A stretch of 64,000 nt of DNA. It comes from Eledone cirrhosa. Its lineage: Eukaryota. The stretch covers positions 115,692,001-115,756,000 of the forward strand of contig OZ024740.1 of assembly GCA_964016885.1 (NCBI GenBank), written 5' to 3'. The notes beneath the pieces were generated by a model. It saw only the letters and a list, made by a program, of their open reading frames with translations, made no database searches and was not told the origin of the DNA. How positions within the stretch are numbered: position 1 is the stretch's first letter; every line of letters starts with the position of its first letter. Positions 13,499 through 27,881 of the stretch are shown here, piece by piece. Made by a program: the position numbers and the translations under genes.

Positions 13499-13505
<7 letters not shown>
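12787..13505. mobile_element. nested inverted-repeat element carrying a hammerhead ribozyme
   Basis: 12787-12888 inverted at 12917-13025; about 12976-13153 inverted at 13323-13505; HHR in the spacer; part of the arm recurs at 24505-24610. Confidence 0.8.
13252..13292 (+). ncRNA. minimal type I hammerhead ribozyme
   Basis: cggtg-CTGACGA-t-AGCT aata AGCT-t-GAAA-CTAG-TA/catcg; predicted cleavage after 13287. Confidence 0.9.
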
Positions 13506-13548
<43 letters not shown>

Positions 13549-13553
13549 TATGT

Positions 13554-14942
<1,389 letters not shown>

Positions 14943-15068
14943 TATATATAATATATAGGGGATGGATTATTTAGGTACAATACCAGTTTCTTACTAAATG
15001 CGAAAAAGCTCGATATATTAACCCCTTAGGAAAGAACACAGAGCATTTTGTTTTTAATTATATATATA

Positions 15069-15305
15069 CAGTGGCGGTGGAACTGGGGGGGGGGTCACCC
15101 TCCCTCCAATAATTATATTTTCTCCCCAAACTCTCAAAACACACATCTATTTGGATATGCGCTACAATTTATGTGCATGTTATGTTTATCGTATATCGAA
15201 GTTTTCTGACCATTTTAGAGTGCAAAGAGTTAAACTAATCACTGCATCTAAATTGTCCAAATTTTCACACACACACACAATTCAGAGATGATTCCTCCGC
15301 CCCTG
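15069..15305. mobile_element. MITE with short TIRs (cagtggcgg...ccgcccctg)
   Basis: Imperfect terminal inverted repeats; a similar right end at about 48525-48538. Confidence 0.5.
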
Positions 15306-16533
15306 TATAATTGATATTTCTTTATGATAAACTTAAACTGAAATGATGACAGAAATATGACAGAAAACGTGACAATATGTGTGTATATTGCCATGTCTGT
15401 GTTTTTTTGTTTGGGGGGGGGGGGGGTCGTCCTGTAACCAAGCAGTTCGACAAAAAGAGATCGATGAAAAAATACCGAGTTTCCACCAGTTCAGTATGAA
15501 AGTATAGGGAATAGTCATCACAAGAATTCCACATAAATCAAGGACTCAGCTCAGTATGCAGCGAAGAAATCTCGAAAAGTTTTACTGGTGTATGCATGTG
15601 TTTATGTGTGTGTAACTTATGTATGTACAGAGCTTGACACATATGGGAAAGCGTTCGTCTTTGGGCTGCGAGTTGTGAGAAACTCACGTATATAAAGCCG
15701 AAATAAACTTCCGTACTGAGTCGGGAAGCTGAGACTAGTTTGAGATAGAAGCTGCGGCTATTTGTGTGCAGTTGCATGTGAGAAATGCAGAAATTTGCAG
15801 CTTGCTGTGTTTGAGGTAGGTAAGGGCCGATAGTTTTTTCCAAAACTTCAAACTAGTTGAGGAGAGGTATCTCGCTATGTCCCTGTGTGAAATCAAATGT
15901 TATATGTACATGCTTATGTGTCAATGTGACAGAAATGGTTGATGCGATTGTGTGTGATTACAAACAATAAATAAACTACATGCATAAGTTGAACAACATT
16001 GAAGGTTGAAGAAAAACAAAATATCAAAATGTCTAAGGTCCACTATCCCATTATTTTATTTTATTTGTTTTCTTTCGCCCTTCTGTCTGTGCTATTTGTT
16101 TTATCACACACACATCATACCAGCAGAAAAATTTATTTTTCTGTTGCATGGTCCATAAAAGAGTACTCTCCATAAAATCGTGCGCGAAACCATTTTGCTG
16201 GCTTTAGAGCTGATGAGGGTAAAGATGTGTAGGTGTAAACTTGTCTTGTACTTCACCTTTCTTTCCTTCTTCCAGTCACTTCTATGCGCCAACCCACTTC
16301 TCCGTGTCCCCTTCCTCTTTCAATCTTTTCTATATTTCTATCACCCACCTTGTGGATTATCACTCTGTTGACCACGGCCCGTTAGTCTCTGTCCTCTGAG
16401 GCATTTTTGTCCATCGCTGTCTTTGACAGCATTTAGCTGTTTTAACGGCTGTTCTAGCGATGGGTTTTCTTATTTTTATATATGTATTCAATTTTATATA
16501 TGTATTCAATTTTATATATGTATTCGATTTTTC

Positions 16534-16568
<35 letters not shown>

Positions 16569-16573
<5 letters not shown>

Positions 16574-17096
16574 GTTGAAAAGGTAACACACTAGAAAGAT
16601 ATAGTGCGCTATCAATAAAACAGGAGAAAACCACCAGTGTATAGAATCTATAACCTATGAAAGGCAGAGTAGACACACGATAATTAAAAATATAAATTAA
16701 AGTGTAAATACATACCTCTATAACTATATAACACACGTACAAATCCAAAGAGATCTGTTTCGCCAGTAAGTTGTTGACAGAAATGAAATAACCCATGGTT
16801 CATCACCGTGTGTAAGGCTATACATTTCAGACAACACTAAGAGAATATATAGTTATAGAGGTATGTATTTACACTTTAATTTATATTTTTAATTATCGTG
16901 TGTCTACTCTGCCTTTCATAGGTTATAGATTCCATACACAGGTGGTTTTTTCCCTGTTTTATTGATAGCGCACTATCTCTCTCTAGTGTGTTACCTTTTC
17001 AACATATTGTATTTTAAAGAGCTCAGGATTCCTTCTCTTTTGAGCACATTATTGACAGGGAATAGCGAGAGTCTATGGTTCCGTTAATTTATCATG

Positions 17097-17098
<2 letters not shown>
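16569..17098. mobile_element. (TA)n-flanked fold-back element, ~162 bp arms, ~115 bp spacer, ~90 nt extension
   Basis: 16569-16730 is the reverse complement of 16846-17008; same architecture as the HHR elements but no intact HHR recognised. Confidence 0.75.
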
Positions 17099-17183
<85 letters not shown>

Positions 17184-17701
17184 GTTTCAGTGTACCAAAT
17201 TTCAATTACATGTTAATCCGTGACTATAGTAAAAAAAAACACTTGCTCAAGGTGCCATGCCGCGTCATTGAACCGCAACCACGTGGTTGCGAAGAGAACT
17301 CCTCAACCACATAGTATTTATGTTGTTCTTTAACTGATGATTCACTCCGTCTAGTTGATCAGCTTTGAATTATTTAAATAAATAGACATAGCACAGATAT
17401 AATACTGTTAAGTGTTAATGCCCGACAAAGTATATCGTTTGCCTGTTGTCTAATATCAAGTGTTTAACGGCATGTCTGCTCTCATAGCATATCTACTCTT
17501 TTAAAATGTCTATCTGTTGTTTCTATGACGCAGACATAGTTATACGGTGAAGTAGTTCGTTCGTTTTAAAACCGCGTGGTTCAAGTTCGAACTGTTTGCG
17601 CGAAACACTAGGCAGATATTTTTTATTTTCCGTAACCCCGAGTGGACCAGTGAATTATGAATGGAAGCAAATTCCTTTAAGCGTGTCTTGTACTGTATAT
17701 G

Positions 17702-18091
17702 TACGAGGGTCGGCTGAAAAGTTCATAGGCTGACTATAAAGGAGCTTTGAAATCTTGTATGCATTAATTTCAACTCTTCTTATTAATGATTTCTAGTATA
17801 GGCACAAGTCCAGTAATTTGGGGGAGGGGAAAGTCGATTAAATCGACCCAGTACGTTACTGGTGCTTTATGTCATCAACCCCCGTAAGGATGAAAGACAA
17901 AGTTAACTTCGGCGGGATTTGAACTCAGACCGTAAAGGGCCGTAACTCTATACTGCCAATCCATCGCCTTTACTCTTCTTATTAATAACTGCATTGTTTC
18001 TTTCCATAGACTATGATGAAAAATAAACTTCATTTGGTCATTCCATGAGAGTATCTTGGTTAGCCTATGGACTTTTTAGTCGCCCCTTGCA
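17702..18091. mobile_element. mariner-type MITE interrupted by a SINE
   Basis: TIRs ta-cgagggtcggctgaaaagttcataggctgacta / tggttagcctatggactttttagtcgccccttg. Confidence 0.75.
17788..17971 (-). mobile_element. tRNA-derived SINE with target-site duplication
   Basis: Consensus match; flanked by the direct repeat actcttcttattaat. Confidence 0.85.
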
Positions 18092-18298
18092 TATGTACGG
18101 CTGCTAAGTGCACAGTTTGACATATATACTAAGATTAACTGTCAAAAACAAGCTCTAATACTATGCAAATTAGTTACCCCATTTCAAGGTTAATACTACA
18201 TTTGGTAGGCTTTATTAGACCCTCAGTTACGTATGGCTCTGTAGTTGTTATGTTATGTAGATATCCTTTGTAGCCCTGTATGTGTGTGTGTGCGTGTG

Positions 18299-18331
<33 letters not shown>

Positions 18332-18816
18332 ACATATATTGCACACACACACACACAAGGAATCTACTCTACTTAAAGTATCGAGTTTTCTTTACTTTGT
18401 TTATAAAGTTAATTTATATTAACAACATTTCACTTGTAAATACATCATCGCAACTATATATATATATGTGTGCGTGTGTGTGTGTATGTGTGTGTGTGTA
18501 TATATATATATGTGTGTGTGTGCGTGTGTGTGTGTGTGTGAATATATAAGTAATATATATAAATATATAATCACACATATTTATTTATATATGTGAATGT
18601 GTGTGTGTGTGTGTGAGAGAGTGTGAGTGTGTGTATATATATATATATATATGTGTGTGTGTGAGTGTGTGTGTGTGTGTGTATACATATATGTGTGTGT
18701 GTGCGTGTGCGTGTGTGAATATATAAGTAATATATATAAATATATAATCACACATATTTATTTATATATGTGAGTGTGTGTGTGTGTGTGTATATATATG
18801 TGTGTGTGTGTGTGTG

Positions 18817-18862
<46 letters not shown>

Positions 18863-18919
18863 TGTGTGTGTGTGAATATATAAGTAATTTATATAAATAT
18901 ATAATCACACATATTTATT

Positions 18920-19018
<99 letters not shown>

Positions 19019-19563
19019 CTGCATGTCTGTAGAGATAACTTGTACAAAAGTAGCAGAATGGGTACTTGAGAAATACAAACAAGAGTGTTTATCTTTATGT
19101 ATGTATGTATACACCCTGTTAAATAACGTCTTTGTGTTTATATTCAATACATTTAATATAATGAAGAAGGTAGTTGTTTCGGTCGGAGAATGGTGTGATG
19201 GTGATGATGGTGGTAGTGGTGGTATTCACCATGGTGGGGATTATAGAAGTGGAAGTAATGGCAGGGTCGACGCCATCATTGCGGGAAAATAGGGAGTGAT
19301 TTAAGGCAAAACGAAAGATCTGATATATTTTTATTGCCATTTGATAGTAAAAGAATGAATAACTTAAATACTATTTGCTTTCATTGTTCAACCTCATATA
19401 TATATAAAATATACGGTAGTGTCCAATCTGTATGAAGAACTCAATGTAATCCAAATATCATGAAAAGAGAAGATGCATTCAAAAATTTCCGATGAAAATC
19501 ATAGGAAAACAGAGTTAAGATAAATTAATAAAAACAAAGAACAAGTTCCTTATATTAAAAAAT

Positions 19564-19699
19564 TCATCATTTTACGATCGTTTCTAGGATATATATGTGT
19601 GTTGGTATGTATATCATATAGATCTATGTAAAAATATTACAAACTATCAGAGGAAATATACATACCTTCACATATATATGCTGTCTTCAGAAATGATGA
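19564..19699 (-). ncRNA. type I hammerhead ribozyme with ~100 nt stem II
   Basis: Minus strand: tcatcattt-CUGAAGA...GAAA-CGAUCG-UA/aaatgatga; 9 bp stem I, palindromic ACGATCGT. Confidence 0.85.
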
Positions 19700-19931
19700 G
19701 ATTTGTTTATTGAAAAAACCAACAAAGATTTAATATAATAGGTCTGTTTGGGAACAGGTTTTGAATTGACCAATAGAAAAGTAGTAAGAGGTCAAGTTGA
19801 TAGAATAGTAGTAGTAGAAATTTAATTTAGGGGTAGAAGGGTGCAGACTTATGTTTTGAATAGAAAGAATACTTTGGGGATGAAAAGAGGTCAAGCCGGT
19901 GAAGGGTACACGAAAAGTTGATGTTATTAAA

Positions 19932-20277
19932 CACCATGCTTTGAAGCATAGAGTTACGTCCCTTTATGATCTGAGTTCAAATCTCGCCGAGGTTAACTTT
20001 GCCTTTCATCCTTACGGGGTCGATAAAATGAAGTACCAGTAATGTACTGGGTAATTGCTGGTCTTGTGCCTAAAATAGAAACAGTTATTAAAGAATAATT
20101 GTTTCTACTTTAGGCACAAGGCCAGCAATTACCCAGTGCATTACTGGTACTTTATTTTATCGACCCCGTAAGGATGAAAGGCAAAGTCAACCTCGGCGGG
20201 ATTTAAACTCAGATCGTAAAGGGACGTAACTATGCTGGAAAGCATGGCGTCCGACCCTCTACCGATACTGCCAATGT
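19932..20277. mobile_element. tail-to-tail pair of SINEs inside PLE C
   Basis: Plus copy 19932-20089, minus copy 20095-20277. Confidence 0.85.
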
Positions 20278-22629
20278 TAATAACGAAGGAATGTAAAATT
20301 TTAGGGTAAGTGAGAAATACCAATCTTATTTAAACCACAAGGAATCTAGATCTATAACAAGAAATTAAATTAATTGATAGGTATACTTATAGGGATAAAT
20401 TTATATTACTTCATATGGATGTGATAAATAAGAATTAGATGTTATTAAAGAATGTTGTTAAAAACGAAGGAAAATAAAATTTTGGGATAAGGGTAATAGT
20501 TAGAAATACCAATCTTATATAAACTACAAGGAATCTAGATTCATAACAGGAAATTAAATTAATTTATATGTATACTTTTAGGTATTAATTTTAGGAAAAG
20601 AGAGCTGTAAGAGGGAAATAAAATTATGAAGTTCTCTGTAGTAAAGTACTAATTATAGGTTAACTAAATAAAAAAAATAATAATTATAATAATATGTAAA
20701 ATATAAGTGTAAGGTGTATATTAATTAGGTTTATAATATTTGAAAGTTCTTCTAATTCTATGATTACAAGATATAATTAATTCTTGTCGCTTATTTAATA
20801 GGATATCCTTAGATTTCATTATTTCAAAAAGTTCCTGGGAACATAATCTACACTCATATCTGTTATTTTGATAAGGGGTGGCCCTTTTGAGCACACTCCA
20901 GATCAGGTTGTAATCGATATTCTTTTTTCTATAATTATTAATTGTTTCGGGCAAGGATGTTGTATTAGCTAATGTGGCATTTTTAAAACTATGTTTGTGG
21001 ATATTAAATCTTACTTTAAATTGGTTAGACGTAGCTCCTATATATGAATAAGTGGAGTCCTTAGTGCTAATTTTACATTTATAGACTATGTTATTAATAA
21101 GACAATTTCCCTTAATGGGCAATTTCTTTTGTTTCTACAATTACAACCATTCGTGAATATTATATCGGGGGAGTTAGTCAAATTTGGTGTGGAATTTATT
21201 TGACTTGTTATATGTGAAGGAGATTGTGGTTTGTTGCGGTTTATTTTAGTATTATGGTTGGTTTGATGTGTTGGTGGTATATTCGTGGTTTTTTTACATT
21301 TATATGCGTTGTACGCACTTATATTTTGTTGTATATTTTTGGTAGTGGAATAGGAAAATTTGGTATTTATGGTTTGGCGGGAAGTTTTTCTCTAGGATAG
21401 TAAAACATTTTTTAGGGATATTATCTTTAATTTGTAGATTAAATGGAGCATTATACCAAGTAACCCGTCTATTACGGTTTCGATATTGTTTTTTATATTT
21501 ATACGATGTATCAGGATGTTTACTAAGAGAGTTACTATTAGTGAATTTATTATATATAGGTTTAGTTAGATTAACTGATTTAGGTGTTTTAGTCTGATTA
21601 TTAGGAATTTTGTTAGTAATGTTGTTAACATATATTGGAGTATTAGGATGAATGGTTTTTTGAAAGTCATTATATTTTATGTGAGAAGAGGTAGAGAAAT
21701 TAAGTTTTAGGTTGGTATTTTGGGGTGTAGTGTGGGTGGCATTTAGGTGTGGGTTTTTCATTTGGTGTTTGTTGGTAATATTGGGTTGTATGTTTGAAGT
21801 ATTATTGGTGCAAGGTATATAGACTAATTTGTTTTTGTGGCCACTTCTAGCTAAAGCTTCGTTATAAAAGGGCGTATTTTTATCGAATACATCCTGGTTA
21901 GATGAAAGGTTAGAGATTCTGAGTGAGATATTATATGCTAGGTTTTTAAGGATAGATCTAGGGTTATTGGATTGTGAGTGTATGTAATGTAAGTTTTGGT
22001 TAGCTTTATGGTAAGGTTTATGGTAGATACCCGTAGATAAGTCTAAAGTTATATCTAGGAAATTACCTATTTTACTGGTGTTTTCAAATGTAATAGTGAG
22101 ATTATAATAGTCTTTGAGGAAAGTTCTAATAAGTTTGGGTTTTTTTCGATTTCTGATAGGCTAAGATTAGTGGAAAGAAGAAGACACCTTTAAGGTCTGG
22201 AAAAGAAGAATTTATGTTAAATAGAAGAAAGAGGCCCACACGATCGGTAATTTGGGCAGAATCACTAGAGCCCATAGTAATATCGAAGAGATTACTATAT
22301 GTATTTCTGGTCCAGTATTCCTTCTGAAATTCCAGTAGTGTTTGTCTAGCGTGCGTGATAATATTAATGTCATCCATAGTTAAGTTTGATCTATTTTTGG
22401 CAAATATCAAGGTTTTCTTCAGGAGTATGGGTGATATAGAGGAATAAGCATCTATATCAAATTGTAGAAATGAAGCAGATGATTTATTTCTAATATTAGT
22501 AAACCAGTTAATTACTTGGGATGTGTTTTCCCAGAGTGGTATATTAACGTGTTTTCTTAATTGTGGGATGATTCTATCTAAAAAAGTTTATATTAAATCT
22601 TTGTTGTTTTTTTTTTCAATAAACAAATC

Positions 22630-22765
22630 TCATCATTTCTGAAGACAGCATATATATGTGAAGGTATGTATATTTCCTCTGATAGTTTGTAATATTTTTA
22701 CATAGATCTATATGATATACATACCAACACACATATTTATCCCAGAAACGATCGTAAAATGATGA
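22630..22765 (+). ncRNA. type I hammerhead ribozyme (inverted pLTR copy)
   Basis: tcatcattt-CTGAAGA...GAAA-CGATCG-TA/aaatgatga; predicted cleavage after 22756. Confidence 0.85.
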
Positions 22766-22816
22766 ATTTTTTAATATAAGGAACTTGTTCTTTGTTTTTA
22801 TTCATTGTTTTTATTC

Positions 22817-23110
<294 letters not shown>

Positions 23111-23299
23111 TGTTGCATGAGCCAACCTTTTTTCTGGTACTCTGAAATTAAATCGTGCAAAACCATTTTGCTGGTTTGAGAGCTGATGAGGGGGAAGATG
23201 TGTATGCGAACTTATGTTGTGCATTGCCTTTCTTTATTTCTTTCTTCCAGTCACTTATGTGCGCCTATACGCTTTTCTTTTCCCTGTCACATTTTCACA

Positions 23300-24417
23300 T
23301 CTTTGTAGCCCCCAAACATTATATCAACAGGTAAATTGACATCCTTCCTCGTCATGATGAAGTGAAGACTAAATTTTGCAACTAGAACGATGTACTAATA
23401 ATTTTTTTGGAAATACCTCATCTCAGTTCTTCTGATTTTCATTAACAAACATTATCAAATCCAGCCTGCCAGTAACCAAAGGCCAAATCCATGTCTGAGA
23501 CTATATGGGATACCGAAAGAGCATCAAGACATTCATCAACTCGTGGTAATAGGTGAGTGACTTTGTATATTATACTCTTCAATCTCCTATAGCCAACACA
23601 ATATCGGTATGAGCCATCTTTTTTATGAGCTAAAACAACTGGTGATGCCCATGAACGTTGGTTTTCTTCAATAATACCATTTTTCAACATTTCAGAAGTC
23701 TGTCTATCGATTTCCTTTTTTAGATTCATTGGGATTCTTCAGAGCCTCTGTTACATTGGTGGAACATTATTGAAGTAAATTCGATGTTTCACTACACTTG
23801 TTCTCCCTATTTCATTAGAGCCTGTACTAAATATGTCATAATATTCATTCATTAGTGATTATACCCTAACTTGTTCATCTGATGATAATAACTGACTGAC
23901 AATCTCTGACTCTGCTTTGGCTGATCATTTGTTACAGATGAAATTTGAACAGGGGTTTGTTTTACATGATTATTTACTGTAAATGCTGATGATTCCATAA
24001 ATTCGAACATGCTCACCTTTGCCACCACCTTATCAACAGTATAAAATGTACCAACTGGAAGGCCATTCTTTATTTCTATTGAAGCAGTAGATATATTCAT
24101 TACCTGAACCAATGCTACACCCCCCCCCCCCCCCCATCCCGCCCCAGAACGGAGCTAGATGTTCTTACAACCAATACATTCTCATAGTTGACAATATTCT
24201 GTGGCTCAACAATACCAATAAACCCGTCTGGAATTATATCAATGTTATTCTCAGGTTGCAGGGGGAACAATAATGTTCTCATTTGTTCTTGCACTACAAA
24301 CCCTAGGAAAGATTTTCCAGTTTGGAATAAAGAGTAATTGAAGAGCATTCAAATCAATTTTGGTTTTAGTTGTGAATAGATCCCATCCCAATATGACTGA
24401 ATAAGGTAAGTTCTTTG

Positions 24418-24418
<1 letters not shown>
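23300..24418 (-). mobile_element. degenerate Ty3/Gypsy pol fragment (protease end, RT N-terminus)
   Basis: [10 protein letters not shown]; EMLKNGIIE...WASPVVLAHKKDGSYRYCVGYRRL...DLAFGYWQ. Confidence 0.85.
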
Positions 24419-24892
<474 letters not shown>

Positions 24893-25144
24893 ATATAAAT
24901 ATGTTGTTCAGGTCTGGTGAGTGAAGCAATACTATCATTAAATATTTTCCAGTCTTGTTTGCAGGAATGTCGTGTGTTGAATTATATTATTCAATGTGTC
25001 CCTTTTTTTTATATTCATTTTAAGACAATAAAGGTTTCATTTGAGAATAATTTAACTGCTATTTCATGCAGGCCGAGCAACCGAATAGAATCCTTTTCGT
25101 CGTTGTTAAGCCCCAAGTCATACCTAATCAATGAGGCCTATAAT

Positions 25145-25302
25145 TGTTTCTACTTTTGGCACAAGACCAGCAATTACCCAATTACCCAGCAAGATCCCGT
25201 AAGGATGAAAGGCAAAGTTAACCTCGGCGGGATTTGAACTCAGACCATAAAGGGACGTAACTATGCTCGAAAGCATAGCGTCCGACGCTCTACTGATACT
25301 GC
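25145..25302 (-). mobile_element. tRNA-derived SINE with ~16 bp TSD
   Basis: caatgaggcctataat at 25129-25144 and 25303-25318. Confidence 0.85.
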
Positions 25303-25909
25303 CAATGAGGCCTATAATGAAAGCTATTCTAGCTCTTTACCATTCCCTTTTATTCCTGCGGAGAACCCAGTACCACACTACATTATCAAACGTTTATTTC
25401 TAAGGCTCGAGTGTGACCTAGGAGAAAAATTGGCTGCTATTTCTAACAAGCCGGACGACTACATCGAAGCTTACTCGTTGTTAAGCTCCAGGTCGGACCT
25501 GATCAAACAGACCTATAATCGAAGGTCTTCCAGGCGTGATCATCCCATTTTATTCCAATATGCGGTGAACTCAGGACCACATTATCTAATATGTTTTTCC
25601 CCTAAGACGGTATGGTGTGATCTGGAAAGAATTGGCTGCTGTTTCTAGCAGGTCTAGTGACCACGTCAGTGGCGCCTTCGTTGTCTTGTCATAGATGTTT
25701 TTATCTGTTGGTTGTGGCGGCTGTGATTGTCAATGAAGTCTGTCACTTCATGGCAGTTCTACTTTAATATGTTATTCCTTTATGAAATAACAGTTTAATT
25801 GTTTAGGGGTTGTTGTTTTTTGGTTGTTTTATAAAAGAAAAAAAAAGAATATATATATATATATATACAATATTAAATAAATGGAAAACTATATTTATAA
25901 AACCATATT

Positions 25910-25975
25910 TATTTCATTATATATATTTCGGGGATATCATATTAACAATATGCTATGCCTTCATCAGACAAAATA
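25910..25975 (-). ncRNA. type I hammerhead ribozyme
   Basis: Reverse complement of 26133-26198. Confidence 0.8.
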
Positions 25976-26132
25976 CAATATAAACAGTTTTATAGATAAA
26001 TATATTCGACATACCGTAATAAACATCAACTTCATTTGAAGAGGTTCACTCTAGCAGAGTGAACCTCTTCAAATGAAGTTGATGTTTATTACGGTATGTC
26101 GAATATATTTATCTATAAAACTGTTTATATTG

Positions 26133-26198
26133 TATTTTGTCTGATGAAGGCATAGCATATTGTTAATATGATATCCCCGAAATATATATAATGAAATA
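26133..26198 (+). ncRNA. type I hammerhead ribozyme
   Basis: tattttgt-CTGATGA-a-GG..ATA.CATATT gtt AATATG.TAT.CC-c-GAAA-TATATA-TA/atgaaata; 8 bp stem I with 2 GU pairs. Confidence 0.8.
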
Positions 26199-26351
26199 AA
26201 TATGGTTTTATAAATATAGTTTTCCATTTATTTAATATTGTAAATATACTCCAAGTATTTGTCGAGTGCTTTTATATCAGTTATAAATATTTACTAGTTG
26301 TAACCCAACAATTTTAAATATAACTTTACATGTATATATATATATATATAT

Positions 26352-27197
26352 ATTATGAAGAGAGAAGAAACATTTAGATATAATTAGTAATAAAATGTAT
26401 CATACCTAAACTGTTCCTAAATTCCTCGACTACGTAGTTTCGTGGCATAAACAAAAACAATATATCAAAGATATAGAGTCCTTGTGAGGTCTGCCGACTT
26501 ATCAAGAGGATACCTCATTTTACTAGTCTCAAGAACGCGTCTACACGACGTGAGAAAGAATCCCAAAAGGCGGAGGGGGAGACAGTCACGCGATATAACG
26601 GTCGAGAAACAGAGCTAAGCCTCTTATAACCACGAAGAAAATACCACGGAGGCGGAGGGGGTATTCATATCGAGGCCGTAGAAGAGGTAGTGAAGAAGGC
26701 GAGAAGTATGAGTAATGGAAGCTTTCCAGTTGTCCCCACACTTCAAAGATTGCTCGACCAGAGGGAGTTATTAATATATTTAGAAACACACAGATACATG
26801 CGGACACACACATATATACATGAATGCATCCGCACCCAACTGTGAGTTAAGGGTGCCAACTTCACCGATGTTGCTCAATGAATGACTGGGACAGACCATT
26901 CTCGCAAGGACTCTATATCTTTGATATATTGTTTTTGTTTATGCCACGAAACTACGTAGTCGAGGAATTTAGGAACAGTTTAGGTATGATACATTTTATT
27001 ACTAATTATATCTAAATGTTTCTTCTCTCTTCATAATGTATTTTTAACTCTGATACTGGTTCAGTCTGGTTCAAACTGAATTGGTCTGTCCCAGTCATTC
27101 ATTGAGCAACATCGGTGAAGTTGGCACCCTTAACTCACAGTTGGGTGCGGATGCATTCATGTATATATGTGTGTGTCCGCATGTATCTGTGTGTTTC

Positions 27198-27207
<10 letters not shown>
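26352..27207. mobile_element. non-coding HHR element with interlocked inverted repeats (A-x-B-A'-y-B')
   Basis: A 26352-26488 / A' 26901-27037; B 26774-26898 / B' 27082-27207; (TA)n on both sides. Confidence 0.85.
26423..26510 (-). ncRNA. type I hammerhead ribozyme, U3-A8 covariant core
   Basis: Minus strand: tcctc-UUGAUAA-GUcGGCA...UGCCAC-GAAA-CUACGUAG-UC/gagga. Confidence 0.8.
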
Positions 27208-27236
<29 letters not shown>

Positions 27237-27428
27237 ACAGTGAGAAAGAGACGATTATTAGGAAGAAAAATATATTTTTTTCCTTTTTTGTTTCTCTCTC
27301 TCTTTTTTCTGGGTTAGAAAATGATTAAAACGAAATGTTTTACTTTGTGTGAAGTGTTAAGGTATTAGTTGATTTATTTATTATTTAACAATGGCATTTA
27401 TTTATCTATTTATATATTTAATAATTGT

Positions 27429-27470
27429 CTATTACCGGTTTCAGCATTTGTATGCATTATCAAATGATAG
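27429..27470 (-). ncRNA. minimal hammerhead, U3-A8 variant, weak stem I
   Basis: Minus strand: ctatcat-UUGAUAA-u-GCAU acaa AUGC-u-GAAA-CCGG-UA/atag. Confidence 0.65.
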
Positions 27471-27881
27471 TGAAATGTATTAGTGTGGTGTCGCACATGT
27501 TAAACAGAGGTGCAGAAAGAATAATGTTATTTACAAACAAGGTTTATGAAGTGAAAAGAAAAAAGAAAAATGGAAAAAAAATGTGCATAATGTAGAGCAT
27601 AAAAAAATCAATGTGGAAGAAAAAATATTGTTATTTACAGGCATAGTTATTGAAGTTAAGCAGATCAAAATGTGTTAATATAGCAAGAGTGCTTAGTTGA
27701 TCCATGATTCCATGATGGAGGCAAATGGTGGACTGAGGTTTAATATGATTTCCCTTTTTAGAGAGTTAATATGCATGGGGAAGCAATTCTTGCTGGGTGA
27801 TATTTAATTTATTTAAGAAAAAGGATTAGGTAGGGTGTGAGGGAGGTAACTCTTGTAAATGTTTGATTGTTTGTTGCAGTT

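Larger units (their letters stand above)
19400..22803 (-). mobile_element. Penelope-like element C (same type as B), degraded, 5'-truncated with inverted pLTR
   Basis: GIY-YIG 20721-21122 (NNIVYKC...YIGATS...CRLC), RT fragments (FDITMGSSDSAQITD); 19527-19738 inverted at 22588-22803. Confidence 0.9.
25867..26332. mobile_element. apparently perfect ~375 bp palindrome with two hammerheads plus a ~90 nt extension, between (TA)n
   Basis: 25867-26052 is the reverse complement of 26056-26241, loop agc. Confidence 0.9.

Noticed and set aside
17333-17365. CTGATGA as a possible hammerhead core
   Set aside because: No stem II, GAAA or stem I partner
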